Positions 1 to 10,168 are shown, counted from the first letter of the stretch. The stretch is DNA of 64,000 nt from Patescibacteria group bacterium (GCA_041737355.1 JBGSRW010000009.1:5323-69322); one strand, 5' to 3'. Notes: generated from the letters alone by a model not told the origin. Made by a program: numbers and translations.

Positions 1-63
1 TGGGCGGCGCTGGCCTTCGCCGTCCTTTCCATTACTTGGCATATCCGCGACGTTGTTGCCTGA
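1..63 (+). CDS. 3' end of a partial hypothetical (hydrophobic) protein
   Basis: Open frame WAALAFAVLSITWHIRDVVA* ending TGA at 61-63, followed by a terminator; 5' end outside the window. Confidence 0.4.
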   Translation, partial: WAALAFAVLSITWHIRDVVA

Positions 64-89
64 TCTGCCGGCAGGAGGATTGAAGCCTC

Positions 90-130
90 ATCCCGTATTT
101 TGTTCCAGAGACAGAGTGCGGGATTTTTTT
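90..130 (+). terminator. Rho-independent terminator
   Basis: atcccgtattttgt/acagagtgcgggat stem (with G-U pairs) followed by a T-run. Confidence 0.7.
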
Positions 131-166
131 ATTTATTCTTTTGTGGTAAAATAATTAAATAAGTTT

Positions 167-634
167 ATGCTGAAAATTAAGCCATACGAGCAGACAGCGG
201 GATTGAGTTCTTGCGGGCCAGTTTCTTTGAAAATGGTATTGGAGTTTTATGGCATAAAAGAAAGCGAAAAAAAATTAGTAAAAATTTGCGGTAGTACCGC
301 GAGGCGCGGTACGGGGGCGGAAGGATTTAGAAAGGCGGCCCGCTACTTCGGTTTTAAAATTTTTATCAAAGAGTTCACCGATTTTTCCGATATTATTTTT
401 TATTTAAAGAAAAAAATCCCCGTTATTGTTGACTGGTTTTCGACTGACGAAGGGCATTATTCCGTGGCCGTCGGCCTGGATCAAAAATACATTTATCTTG
501 CTGATCCGGAGTTTGGAAAAATAAAAAAAATGCCGAAAGATGTTTTTAGGAGAGTCTGGTTTGATTTTTCAGGCCCGTATTTAAAAAGAAAAGAAGACTT
601 GATATTAAGGAGAGTAATAGTTTTTTATAAATAA
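167..634 (+). CDS. C39-like cysteine peptidase
   Basis: Q-x5-SCGPVSL catalytic Cys motif, GHYSVAVG His motif, downstream LADP. Confidence 0.8.
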   Translation: MLKIKPYEQTAGLSSCGPVSLKMVLEFYGIKESEKKLVKICGSTARRGTGAEGFRKAARYFGFKIFIKEFTDFSDIIFYLKKKIPVIVDWFSTDEGHYSVAVGLDQKYIYLADPEFGKIKKMPKDVFRRVWFDFSGPYLKRKEDLILRRVIVFYK

Positions 635-666
635 AGGGCTTTGCCCTGTAATAATTTAATAAATTT

Positions 667-978
667 ATGGGAAAAAAAGAATTTTTCAAAGGCGCACTGC
701 TTGGAGCCCTGATTGGGACGGTAGCCGCGCTTTTGACAACCACGAAGACGGGCAAGGAACGCCGCGCTGAATTGAAAAAGATGTCAGACGGCTTGTTTGC
801 GAAGTTGCTTAAAGAAGTAGAAAAAATGAAAGTGATGAGTAAGGAAAAATATGAGGATATGGTTGAAAAAGTCGTTTCCGAGTACGGTAAGAAAAGAAAA
901 ATGGCCGAAAAACAGGTTAAAGAAGTGATGGAAGAACTAAAAGGAAAGTGGACGGATATTCAGAAACACATGAAATAA
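667..978 (+). CDS. YtxH-domain protein
   Basis: GALLGALIGTVAALLT..KTGKERR N-terminal signature followed by charged helices. Confidence 0.75.
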   Translation: MGKKEFFKGALLGALIGTVAALLTTTKTGKERRAELKKMSDGLFAKLLKEVEKMKVMSKEKYEDMVEKVVSEYGKKRKMAEKQVKEVMEELKGKWTDIQKHMK

Positions 979-992
979 TTGGCGTAAATTCC

Positions 993-1034
993 ACAAACCC
1001 CGCCAAAATTTCCGGCGGGGTTTGTATTTTTTTT
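993..1034 (+). terminator. Rho-independent terminator
   Basis: acaaaccccgcc/ggcggggtttgt 12-bp stem plus T-run. Confidence 0.8.
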
Positions 1035-1102
1035 GTTTTTGTGATAATTTATTCTGTGCGGACGAGGAATCCGTTTTTTTAGATAAAAAGGAGAGTGTGG
1101 GA

Positions 1103-1711
1103 GTGTCGGGGAAAAATATCCTGAAGGGGCAAGACAGCAGGATCGAACGGGAGCTTGCTGCGGCAATCGTCGCGGGCAAGGCGCCTCAGTTCGAAATCCA
1201 GAGCCGCGATTTTCACAACACCGAATGGTCAATGGGCCAAGCGGGCAGCGGAAGAGGCGAAAGCCGCCTGCAAATGACGGTTTCCCTTTTGCTCGACGGC
1301 CAACCCATCATCCATTCGAGAGAACAGGCCGTGAGGTTCGAGAAGAAAGGCATCGCCTACGAAGGACGGATGGGGTCGGTCGACATCATGGAAACCGTCC
1401 TGCGCGAAGCGATCGTCCAGCGTTGGCCGGAAATCGGTCCGGAACTGGCGAAAATAAAGACAACCAGCTATGCCGTTCATGCTCTCGGCGCAGCTGACGG
1501 CGACAGCCGTGATGAGCACCACGTTCAGGTTCATCTGAGGGTTGTCTTCGAGGGTTGCTCGGAACCGTGCTCGATAAGCCGAGAGGGGGTTGATTCAGTG
1601 GGCGTTACCTTTTCCGCCTTGGTAACCGTTTACCACTGGTTCGTCTGGCGGACTCTCAGGCGTCTGCGCGGCGAGGCGCGGAGAAACAAGGCGCCAAGGC
1701 GCATTGAATAA
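1103..1711 (+). CDS. Stand-alone LeuA/CimA-like allosteric regulatory domain protein
   Basis: GTG start 9 nt after AAGGAG (1088-1093). PQFEIQS..MTVSLLLDG..EGRMGSVDIMETVLREAI..PELAKIKTTSYAVHAL..GVTFSALVTVY aligns by eye with the citramalate/isopropylmalate synthase C-terminal domain. No catalytic barrel. Confidence 0.6.
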   Translation: MSGKNILKGQDSRIERELAAAIVAGKAPQFEIQSRDFHNTEWSMGQAGSGRGESRLQMTVSLLLDGQPIIHSREQAVRFEKKGIAYEGRMGSVDIMETVLREAIVQRWPEIGPELAKIKTTSYAVHALGAADGDSRDEHHVQVHLRVVFEGCSEPCSISREGVDSVGVTFSALVTVYHWFVWRTLRRLRGEARRNKAPRRIE

Positions 1712-1722
1712 CGTCTGTCCAC

Positions 1723-1758
1723 ACCGGCTTTAGTCTTCCGACTAGCCGGTTTTATTTT
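1723..1758 (+). terminator. Rho-independent terminator
   Basis: accggct..agccggt stem enclosing tagtc/gacta, followed by a T-rich tail. Confidence 0.7.
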
Positions 1759-1882
1759 AGATTGACAAAGCAGTCTAAAAGAGTTATGCTCTAAACAGAA
1801 TTTCGAGCCCAATTATGGCTAAAATTAGGCTTATTTTTAAGATTTCTGAATATAATCTCTTCGGCAGATTTTTATTTTTTTT

Positions 1883-3400
1883 ATGAAGATTTCGGATCGG
1901 GCAAAATACAGAATTTTGGAAATAATTCCCGGCGCTCTCGTCTGGACGACTTTTATTTTGGCGATAGTTTTATCTTTTTTGAAACCGATGTGGGTGATGT
2001 ATTTTGTTATAGTTTTTTGTGTTTACTGGCTTTTCAGGGTTTTCTATTTTGTTTTTTATATGGCAATATCCTGGAGACGTTTTCGGGCCGATATAAAAGT
2101 AAATTGGATGGAAAAATTAAAGGAGCTGGACGGTTGGGACAGTTATTATCATCTTGTCGTTCTTCCGACTTCCAAAGAGCCGATTGAAGTTTTACGTTCG
2201 ACCTTTTCAAGCTTGGTTGCCTCCAATTATCCGTCGGAAAAGATGATGGTAATTTTATCCGGCGAAGAAAGGTTAAAAGAAAATTTTTTGAAAAATAAGG
2301 AAATTATTGAAAAAGAATTCGGCGGAAAATTTTTTAAATTGCTCACGACCATGCATCCAGATAATCTTTTTGGAGAAATCAAGGGCAAGGGCGCCAACGC
2401 CTACTGGGCGGGACTCCGCGCCAAGGAGATGATTGACGAACTTCATATTCCTTACGAAAAAATTATCGTTTCTTATTTTGACAGCGATACCTGCGTTCAT
2501 CCGGAGTATTTTTCATGCCTGGCATACAAATACATAACCAATCCAAAGCGAGAAAGAGCCGCCTTTCAGCCGGTCGCTCTTTACAACAACAATATCTGGG
2601 ATTCGATGGCTATCATGCGGGTAGCGGCTTTCGGCACGACTTTTTGGCTCCTGACCGAACTTGCCAAGCCGGACCGGCTTTTCACCTTTTCTTCCCATAG
2701 TATCGCCTTTAAGGCGCTGGTTGACGTGGATTTTTGGCAAAAAGATATTGTGACGGACGATTCGAGAATTTTTTTACAATGCTTCATCCGCTACGGGGGG
2801 GATTTCGAAGTGGTGCCAATGTATATACCCGTGTCCATGGACACGGTCATGGCCAACACTGCCTGGCGAAGTCTCGTAAATCTTTATAAACAGCAGCGCC
2901 GCTGGGCCTGGGGAGTGGAACATTTTCCATACATGGTCTGGCATTTTAAAAAAAGAACATTAAAAACGAATAGCGGAGAAATAAGTGTTCCCAAAATTCC
3001 TTTCTGGAAAAGAATAAAATATCTGTGGAATCTCGGAGAAGGAATGTATTCCTGGGCTACCGCCCCGATTTTGATGTTTATTCTGAGCAAGTTGCCGCTC
3101 TGGGTTGGGAAGGGCAAAATCGGGACAACGGCTTTCTTTCAGATGACACCGCTTGTTCTCCATTGGCTCCTTACCGCGGCCATGATCGGAATGTTTGTTT
3201 CGGCAATTCTCTTTTTGTTTCTTTTGCCGCCAAGACCGAAAACGCAGCATCCTTTTAAATTTATTATTATGCTTTTGCAGTGGGCTCTTCTGCCGGTTTC
3301 CCTTATTTTGTTCGGTTCAATTCCGGCTATCGAAGCGCAAACCAGGCTGATGCTCGGCAAATATTTGGGATTTTGGGTCACGGAAAAGGCCAGAAAATAA
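1883..3400 (+). CDS. Membrane GT2 glycosyltransferase (processive, cellulose-synthase-like)
   Basis: N- and C-terminal TM helices, FDSD (DxD), TDD and QQRRWAWG (QxxRW) motifs. Confidence 0.85.
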   Translation: MKISDRAKYRILEIIPGALVWTTFILAIVLSFLKPMWVMYFVIVFCVYWLFRVFYFVFYMAISWRRFRADIKVNWMEKLKELDGWDSYYHLVVLPTSKEPIEVLRSTFSSLVASNYPSEKMMVILSGEERLKENFLKNKEIIEKEFGGKFFKLLTTMHPDNLFGEIKGKGANAYWAGLRAKEMIDELHIPYEKIIVSYFDSDTCVHPEYFSCLAYKYITNPKRERAAFQPVALYNNNIWDSMAIMRVAAFGTTFWLLTELAKPDRLFTFSSHSIAFKALVDVDFWQKDIVTDDSRIFLQCFIRYGGDFEVVPMYIPVSMDTVMANTAWRSLVNLYKQQRRWAWGVEHFPYMVWHFKKRTLKTNSGEISVPKIPFWKRIKYLWNLGEGMYSWATAPILMFILSKLPLWVGKGKIGTTAFFQMTPLVLHWLLTAAMIGMFVSAILFLFLLPPRPKTQHPFKFIIMLLQWALLPVSLILFGSIPAIEAQTRLMLGKYLGFWVTEKARK

Positions 3401-3431
3401 AAGTTTTTAATTTATATTTTTTTTAATTTCG

Positions 3432-4430
3432 ATGAAAGTCTCGGTTAACCTTGTCACATGGAACGGCAAGAAGTATTTGCCCTTTTGCTTGGATTCATTA
3501 GCCAAACAGACGTTTAGGGATTTTTCTCTCTTTATTTTGGATAACGGTTCGACTGACGGAACGGCAGAGTATCTTAAGAGTTTCCGGTTCCCGGCCATTG
3601 ATTTAAAACTGGCGTTTAATGAAAAAAATATCGGGTTTGCTGCCGGGCACAACCAGGTGTTTCGTTCAACCAAAAGCGATTATGTGCTACTGCTCAACCA
3701 AGACGTGATCCTGGAACCGAATTTTTTGGAGGCTGCAGTGAATTTTATGGATAAAAATCTCGAGATCGGGGCGGTAACGGGGAAATTGTTGCGCTGGGAT
3801 TTCTGTAATAATAAAAAAACTGATATGCTTGATTCGGCGGGCCTCAAAATTTGGAAAAATCATCGGCTTGCCGAACTCGGTGCCGGAGAGAAAGACGGAG
3901 AAAAATGGAACAAACCTTTTGAAGTTTTCGGTGTTTCCGGAGCCGCGGCGGTTTATCGCCGGAGTTCCCTCGAATCGGTCACGGTTTTAGGAGAATACTT
4001 TGATCCCGATTTTTTCAGCTACAAAGAAGATATCGACTTGGCTTACCGTTTGCGGCTTTTCGGGTGGAAGGCATGGTTTCTGCCTGAAGCGAGAGGTTAT
4101 CATGACCGTACGGCGAGAAGCGATGGAGGAAGCGACGCCCAAGCGGTTCGGCGGAGAAAAAATAAATCGTCTTTTGTAAATTATCATTCGTACAAAAACC
4201 ACCTGTTTCTTCTCCTTAAAAACGTTCCAGCCGGGATTTTTTGGCGTTACGGCTGCAGGATTAAATGGTACGAATTCAGAAAATTTATTTACCTTTTATT
4301 TTTTGAAACCAGGACACTTGGAGGCCTGGGGGAATTTTTTGGGAAGTTGGGTAAAATGCTTGTCAAAAGGAAATGGATTATGTCCAATAAAAAAGTAAAT
4401 ACCGGAGAAATTAAAAAATGGCTTGTTTAG
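3432..4430 (+). CDS. GT2 family glycosyltransferase
   Basis: VTWNG, DNGSTDGT, NIGFAAGHN, LLNQD and YKEDIDL motifs. Confidence 0.9.
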   Translation: MKVSVNLVTWNGKKYLPFCLDSLAKQTFRDFSLFILDNGSTDGTAEYLKSFRFPAIDLKLAFNEKNIGFAAGHNQVFRSTKSDYVLLLNQDVILEPNFLEAAVNFMDKNLEIGAVTGKLLRWDFCNNKKTDMLDSAGLKIWKNHRLAELGAGEKDGEKWNKPFEVFGVSGAAAVYRRSSLESVTVLGEYFDPDFFSYKEDIDLAYRLRLFGWKAWFLPEARGYHDRTARSDGGSDAQAVRRRKNKSSFVNYHSYKNHLFLLLKNVPAGIFWRYGCRIKWYEFRKFIYLLFFETRTLGGLGEFFGKLGKMLVKRKWIMSNKKVNTGEIKKWLV

Positions 4431-4439
4431 ATTAATAAT

Positions 4440-5240
4440 ATGGATTTGTCGATAATTATTTTAAACTACAGGGCGCGCGGACTTCTCAAGGAATGCCTTA
4501 AGGGAATAAAAATGGCGCAGCCGAAGATTAATTTTGAAATTATTGTCGTGGATAATGCCTCTGGCGACGGAACGCCGGCCATGATGGAGGAGGGTTTTCC
4601 CGACATCCGTTTTATAGCTTCAGATAAAAATATCGGATACGCCAGGGGAAATAATCTTGGTATCAAGGAGGCGAAGGGCCGTTATGTTATGATTATGAAT
4701 CCGGATATAGTTGTATTCGAGGGGGTTTTTGAAAAATTAGTTGAATTTATGGACGGCCGGCCGGATGTCGGAATTATCGGACCGAAGCTTTTGAATCCGG
4801 ATAAATCTTTGCAGTATTCCTGCTATCGTTTTCCGGATTTTTGGGAGCCGGTTTACCGCCGGACACCGATCGGGAAATTCGGTTTTGCAAAAAAGAAACT
4901 GGATCTTTACTTCATGAAGGATTTTGATCACGCTTCGGTCAGGGAAGTCGATTGGCTTTTGGGTGGATGTTTCCTAATCCGCCGCAAGGCACTGGATGAA
5001 GTCGGGTTGCTCGACGAGAGATATTTTGCTTATTTTGACGATGTTGATTTATGCCGGAGTATGTGGGAGAAAAAATGGAAAGTGGTTTATTATCCTCTCG
5101 TTTCGGTTATTCATTTTCATCGGCGCGAATCGGCCGAGGGAAAATGGTGGAGCGGAATTTTTAAAAAAGTGACAAGAATACACCTCATGAGCTGGCTTAA
5201 ATATTTCGGAAAATGGAGAAAGAGTGAAAAAAATATTTAA
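4440..5240 (+). CDS. GT2 family glycosyltransferase (WbbL/rhamnosyltransferase-like)
   Basis: VVDNASGDGT, NIGYARGNN, MNPD and YFDDVDLC motifs. Confidence 0.9.
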   Translation: MDLSIIILNYRARGLLKECLKGIKMAQPKINFEIIVVDNASGDGTPAMMEEGFPDIRFIASDKNIGYARGNNLGIKEAKGRYVMIMNPDIVVFEGVFEKLVEFMDGRPDVGIIGPKLLNPDKSLQYSCYRFPDFWEPVYRRTPIGKFGFAKKKLDLYFMKDFDHASVREVDWLLGGCFLIRRKALDEVGLLDERYFAYFDDVDLCRSMWEKKWKVVYYPLVSVIHFHRRESAEGKWWSGIFKKVTRIHLMSWLKYFGKWRKSEKNI

Positions 5241-5263
5241 AATAAATCAGTAGTTTTTTATTT

Positions 5264-7261
5264 ATGAAATTCAGGGGGACAAATTTTTTGGATATTCTTC
5301 ATCCCGAAAGGGCCAAAAAAAGAAGAGTTTTTCTTTTCGTCAGGATTATTTTATATGTTTTTGCTTCGGTCGTGGCGGCAAGTTTGATTTTTTCCGCAAT
5401 TTATTTTTGGACTGTCCGGGACGCTTATAATCTGGCCGATTCGGGAAAGCGCAATCTGGAATTGGCGGTCAGCCGGGCGGAAGCTTTGGATTTTGGCAAT
5501 GCAAACTTTTATTTGTCCGAGGCAAAAAATAATTTTGAAGAGGCCCGGGCCAAGTTTTCCAATCTTAGATTCCTGAAAATTTTTCCCTGGGTTGGCGACC
5601 AATATGGAGCAATAGAAAATTTGATAGAAACCGGCGTTGAAACGTCGTCGGCTTTGCAAGATGTGGTCGGGGTAGTTGGAGACATAGTTAATATCGCCGG
5701 TGAAGCGGAGACGACGCTTGGGGGAGTTCCCGGCATAAATAAAGAAACCAGTTTCGCGGAACTTTCCCCCGAAAAGAAGAGGGAAATCCTTCAAAAATTA
5801 TTTGATTCGGCTCCTCGCCTTGCTTCAGCTGAAATAAAAATAGATCAAGCCCTCGCCTCGCTCAATGAGGTTAAAGAAGGAAGGGTAATCGGCCAAATTT
5901 TTCAAGTCGTGGCTAAAGTGAGGGAAACTCTCCTGAAACTGAAGAACGCGGTTCAAAAAGCCATTCCGGCCGCGGAAATTTTGCCGCAACTCGCCGGCTA
6001 CCCCGAGGGTAAAACCTATCTTTTTCTTCTCCAAAACAGCGACGAAATCAGGCCAACCGGCGGATTTATTGGGACTTACGGAATTGTTAAAGCCAAAGAC
6101 GGAGAAATAAAGACATTTGAAACCGATAACATCTACGCTCTGGACGGCCCGGCGTCTAATTTTTTGAAGATAGACCCCCCGGCTCCGATAAAAAAATATC
6201 TGAAAGTCGGGTCGTGGTTTATGCGCGACTCCAATTGGTCTCCGGATTTTCCGACTTCGGCGGCCAAGGCGGAATGGTTTTACGAAGCCGAGCGCGGAGA
6301 GGAAAAGAAGATTGACGCGGTGGTAGCCGTAACGCCGGCCCTGATTGAAAATATTTTGAGACAAATCGGCAACATAGAAATGGACGGAGCGACTTTTACT
6401 CCAGAAAATCTGATGGATGTTCTCCAATACAAGGTGGAAAAAGAATATTACGAAAAGGGGATTCCTGAATGGCAGCGTAAGGATATAGTCGGAAAATTGG
6501 GAGATAAAATTTTTGAACGATTAGCCAATTTACCGTCGTCGAGATGGTCTGATTTGATAAATGTTGTCAGCGAGGCCCTTGTTCAAAAACACCTTCTTTT
6601 ATGGGGAAAATCCGCGGGGCTGCAGTCGATTATCGCGCGTGAAGGGTGGGATGGAGCGGTCCGCAACACCGACGGAGATTATCTTATAGTCGTGGACGCA
6701 AACCTTGCCAGTTTAAAAACGGACAGCGTAATGGATAAAAAAATATTTTATTCTTTTACAGCCGGGGAGAACGGTGAGGTCCGGGCAAAAGCGGAGATAG
6801 TTTATAAAAACAAAGGCACGTTTACGTGGAAAACTACCCGTTACAGAACTTACACAAGAATATATGTTCCGGCCGGAAGCGTTTTAGTGAAAGGAGCGGG
6901 CATGATGGAAAACGATAAAGTTTCCGATCCGTCGCGCCGGGCAGGCAAAGTTGATGTCGGCGAAGAGCTGGGGAAAACATATTTTGGCGCCTTTATCTCC
7001 ATTGAGCCCGGCGAGGAGAGAACCCTTAGTTTTGAATATGTTTTGCCGGAAAAAATAAAAAATCAGATCCAGGGAGGTTCGTATAAATTGTTTTTCCAAA
7101 AGCAATCGGGCACGACCGGTCACCCCTTGACTTTAAACCTTGATTTTGGTAAAAAGATTAAGCAAGCCGCGCCCGCCGAAGAGTCTAAAGATTGGGGCGA
7201 CGTGGTCTATAAATTACAGACCGACCTAAGAACGGACAAGGAAATAGAAATTAGATTTTAG
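5264..7261 (+). CDS. DUF4012-domain membrane-anchored protein
   Basis: TM anchor, helical stalk, YLFLLQNSDEIRPTGGFIG, RDSNWSPDFPTSA and KQSGT motifs. Confidence 0.85.
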   Translation: MKFRGTNFLDILHPERAKKRRVFLFVRIILYVFASVVAASLIFSAIYFWTVRDAYNLADSGKRNLELAVSRAEALDFGNANFYLSEAKNNFEEARAKFSNLRFLKIFPWVGDQYGAIENLIETGVETSSALQDVVGVVGDIVNIAGEAETTLGGVPGINKETSFAELSPEKKREILQKLFDSAPRLASAEIKIDQALASLNEVKEGRVIGQIFQVVAKVRETLLKLKNAVQKAIPAAEILPQLAGYPEGKTYLFLLQNSDEIRPTGGFIGTYGIVKAKDGEIKTFETDNIYALDGPASNFLKIDPPAPIKKYLKVGSWFMRDSNWSPDFPTSAAKAEWFYEAERGEEKKIDAVVAVTPALIENILRQIGNIEMDGATFTPENLMDVLQYKVEKEYYEKGIPEWQRKDIVGKLGDKIFERLANLPSSRWSDLINVVSEALVQKHLLLWGKSAGLQSIIAREGWDGAVRNTDGDYLIVVDANLASLKTDSVMDKKIFYSFTAGENGEVRAKAEIVYKNKGTFTWKTTRYRTYTRIYVPAGSVLVKGAGMMENDKVSDPSRRAGKVDVGEELGKTYFGAFISIEPGEERTLSFEYVLPEKIKNQIQGGSYKLFFQKQSGTTGHPLTLNLDFGKKIKQAAPAEESKDWGDVVYKLQTDLRTDKEIEIRF

Positions 7262-7272
7262 CCAAATAACAT

Positions 7273-8280
7273 ATGTTAAGAAAAAAGATCGGGATCGATC
7301 TTGGCACAACCAACGTCCTAGTGCACGTTCCCAAAAGGGGAATTATTATTAACGAACCTTCAGTGGTTGCGCTTTCTGTTTCCGACCGAAAAATTTTAGC
7401 GGTCGGACATGAGGCGAAGGAAATGCTCGGAAGAACACCAGAAACCATCGTTGCCCGCCGTCCGTTGAAGGACGGAGTAATTGCCGATTACAAGACAACC
7501 GAGACGATGCTCCGCTATTTTATTAACAAAGCTTTGGGGGGCGTCCGGCTTTTTCGTCCGGAAGTAATGGTTGCCGTTCCGGCTGGAATTACTTCAACTG
7601 AAAAAAGAGCCGTAATCGACGCGACGATTGCTGCCGGAGCCAAGGCGGCTTACGTAATTAAAGAACCGGTTGTCGCGGCAATTGGTGCGAATATTCCGAT
7701 TGGCAGCGCTTCCGGTCATATGATTATTGATATCGGCGGGGGAACCTCAGAAATGGCGGTTATTTCTTTGGGCGGGATCGTTTCTTCCGCTTCGGTGAGA
7801 ATCGGCGGGAACAAACTTGATACTGCAATTGCTGAATTTATCCGCCGGAAATACGGTCTGGCAATCGGTGAGCGGACCGCCGAACAAATCAAAATAGAAA
7901 TCGGTTCGGCAATGTATATGGAAGAAAAATTGAAAATGGAGGTTCGGGGACGCGACATGATCAGCGGACTTCCGCGGACAATTCTTGTTACCTCCGACGA
8001 CGTGACCGAGGCGGTAACGAACGAACTTGAGGGAATGATAGCCGCGGTCAAGGAAGTTTTATACAATACTCCGCCCGAACTTTCCGCGGACGTTATTGAT
8101 AAAGGAATAGTTCTTTCCGGCGGTACGGCCCTGCTCCGTAACCTCGATCAGCTGATTGTTCAGGCAACAGGCATTCCGACTTACGTGGCGAATGAGCCGC
8201 TTCTTTGCGTAGCCAAAGGCACGGGTATCGCGCTTGAAAATTTGGAATCTTACAAAAGAAGCATTTTGGCGACAAAATAA
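7273..8280 (+). CDS. mreB: Rod shape-determining protein MreB
   Basis: [25 protein letters not shown] and LSGGTALLRNLD motifs. Confidence 0.95.
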   Translation: MLRKKIGIDLGTTNVLVHVPKRGIIINEPSVVALSVSDRKILAVGHEAKEMLGRTPETIVARRPLKDGVIADYKTTETMLRYFINKALGGVRLFRPEVMVAVPAGITSTEKRAVIDATIAAGAKAAYVIKEPVVAAIGANIPIGSASGHMIIDIGGGTSEMAVISLGGIVSSASVRIGGNKLDTAIAEFIRRKYGLAIGERTAEQIKIEIGSAMYMEEKLKMEVRGRDMISGLPRTILVTSDDVTEAVTNELEGMIAAVKEVLYNTPPELSADVIDKGIVLSGGTALLRNLDQLIVQATGIPTYVANEPLLCVAKGTGIALENLESYKRSILATK

Positions 8281-8295
8281 GCTAAACAATTTATT

Positions 8296-9429
8296 ATGCT
8301 TATCGGTATTGACGCCTCACGCGCCAATAAATCGGAGAAGACGGGAACCGAATGGTATTCCTACCATTTGATTCAAGAATTAAAAAAAATTGCTGATCTA
8401 AAAGATCGGTTTATTTTATATTCGAGGGAAAAATTGCGGGGGGATCTCGGGAAACTTTCGGAAAATTGGCAGAGCAAAATTCTTTCCTGGCGGCCAAAGA
8501 AATTTTGGACGCAAATAAGATTATCCTGGGAAATGCGCCGCCGGCCGCCGGAAGTTCTTTTTGTCCCGGCACATACTCTTCCCTTTATTCATCCCCAAAA
8601 AACGGTTACAACCTGCCACGACGTAGCTTTTTTGCGTTTGCCACAAGTTTATGACTGGCCAGCCTTGAAATATCATGAATTAGCCTTAAAATTCGCCCTG
8701 CGCCACGCGACTAAAATCATTACCGTTTCGGAATTTACGAAGAGCGAAATTTTGGAATTTTTTAAAATTTCTCCCGAGCGGATCGCAGTCGTGCCGAACG
8801 GTTATGACAGCAGCCGGTATAAAATAATTGACGATAAAGAGGCAATAAAAAAAGTTTTGGAAAAATGCAAAATCAGCCAGCCGTATATTTTATATGTCGG
8901 CCGCTTGGAACTGAAAAAGAATACGCCGGGTTTGTTGGAGGCGTTTAAAATTTTAAAGAAAAATTTAAAGTCCTCGGCTGAAAATTCTCAATTAAAATTG
9001 GTACTGGCCGGCCAGCCGGGATTTGGTTTTGAAAAAGTTGCCAAAGCAATTGTGGACAATGATTTGCACGATCAAATCATTATGCCGGGCTGGGTGGAAC
9101 CGGATGATTTGCCGTATTTGATGAACGGTGCGAACGCTTTCGTCTTTCCATCTTTCTACGAAGGGTTTGGCATTCCGATTTTGGAAGCTATGGCTTCGGG
9201 CACGCCGGTTGTTTGCTCAGGTATTCCGGCGCTCCGCGAGGTAGCAGGGGAGGCGGCCTATTTTGTCGATCCCTACGAACCGAAAAATATTGCCGAAGGC
9301 ATAGAGCGGGTTCTTGGGGATGAACATCTCCGAGAAGATTTGAGAATCCGTGGGTTGGCCAAAGCGCAGGATTTCAGTTGGGATAGATGCGCCAGAGAGA
9401 CGTGGAAAGTATTGGAAAATTTGAGATAG
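8296..9429 (+). CDS. GT4 family glycosyltransferase
   Basis: YVGRLELKKN and FPSFYEGFGIPILEAMASGTPV motifs. Confidence 0.92.
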   Translation: MLIGIDASRANKSEKTGTEWYSYHLIQELKKIADLKDRFILYSREKLRGDLGKLSENWQSKILSWRPKKFWTQIRLSWEMRRRPPEVLFVPAHTLPFIHPQKTVTTCHDVAFLRLPQVYDWPALKYHELALKFALRHATKIITVSEFTKSEILEFFKISPERIAVVPNGYDSSRYKIIDDKEAIKKVLEKCKISQPYILYVGRLELKKNTPGLLEAFKILKKNLKSSAENSQLKLVLAGQPGFGFEKVAKAIVDNDLHDQIIMPGWVEPDDLPYLMNGANAFVFPSFYEGFGIPILEAMASGTPVVCSGIPALREVAGEAAYFVDPYEPKNIAEGIERVLGDEHLREDLRIRGLAKAQDFSWDRCARETWKVLENLR

Positions 9430-9493
9430 AAAAATCGAAGTAAAAGGTAATTTTTTTATTATCTCGCTTAGCGGGATTTTTATTTTTAGAAAT

Positions 9494-9549
9494 AAAAAAG
9501 AAGGCCCGTCCGCAAGTAGGATTTAGAGTCCTATTCGCAGGCAGGCCTT
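9494..9549 (-). terminator. Terminator of minus-strand transcript A
   Basis: Minus strand: long aaggcctg..tagga/tccta..gggcctt hairpin followed by CTTTTTTATTT. Confidence 0.75.
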
Positions 9550-9601
9550 TGGGGAAAAAGAACGGGTGGGTTACGAACCGGTGGGCCCGATTGGCGGGAA
9601 A

Positions 9602-9808
9602 CTACGATGAGAGGTCGTCGGCCGGGTCCTCGAGCTGCCCGCCCGTGGCGAGCAGCCGGACGTGGTCGGCGAAGGTGTCCAGGTCGGCCGCGCGATCGCG
9701 GTCCGGACCGGAACGCCAGACGCCGTCATCCTGGACCATGTCGGCCGGGTCGGCGCCTTCGACCAGCGCTTCGTAGCGCCGGTCCATCTCACTCAGCACG
9801 TTTCTCAC
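9602..9808 (-). CDS. Small acidic hypothetical protein (68 aa)
   Basis: GGAGGTG upstream of GTG; MRNVLSEMDRRYEALVEGADPADMVQDDG..; strong C/G third-position bias; lies inside a promoter-terminator unit. Confidence 0.55.
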   Translation of the reverse strand: MRNVLSEMDRRYEALVEGADPADMVQDDGVWRSGPDRDRAADLDTFADHVRLLATGGQLEDPADDLSS

Positions 9809-10168
9809 TTTTCCACCTCCATCCCCTGATGGTCGCACTTCCTCCTTTTGGAATTTGGCGGCCATCCGGCTGGGCAAAATATTTTTGCTCAATCGGTCGG
9901 TCGTCACTTAATAATTTTAATCCTTCTTTCGGGAAAAAAGAAGGGGTTTCAAGACTTGCGTCCATCCACCCCCCCCTGCAGTTCAGTGCGCGCCCCGCGC
10001 TGCGGTTCTCAGAATTTTTTGTTCCTCCTCTTTCTTGCTGTGAGTTGCTGACTTGTCTCATCGCCGGCCTCATCTGCCGGCGTGCGCTTGCGGGGCCTCC
10101 CGCACAAAGTGCGGTACTCCGGTCCTTGGCCGGTTCTAGGCTGTAACCGGATTCCCCAGGTTCGGTGC

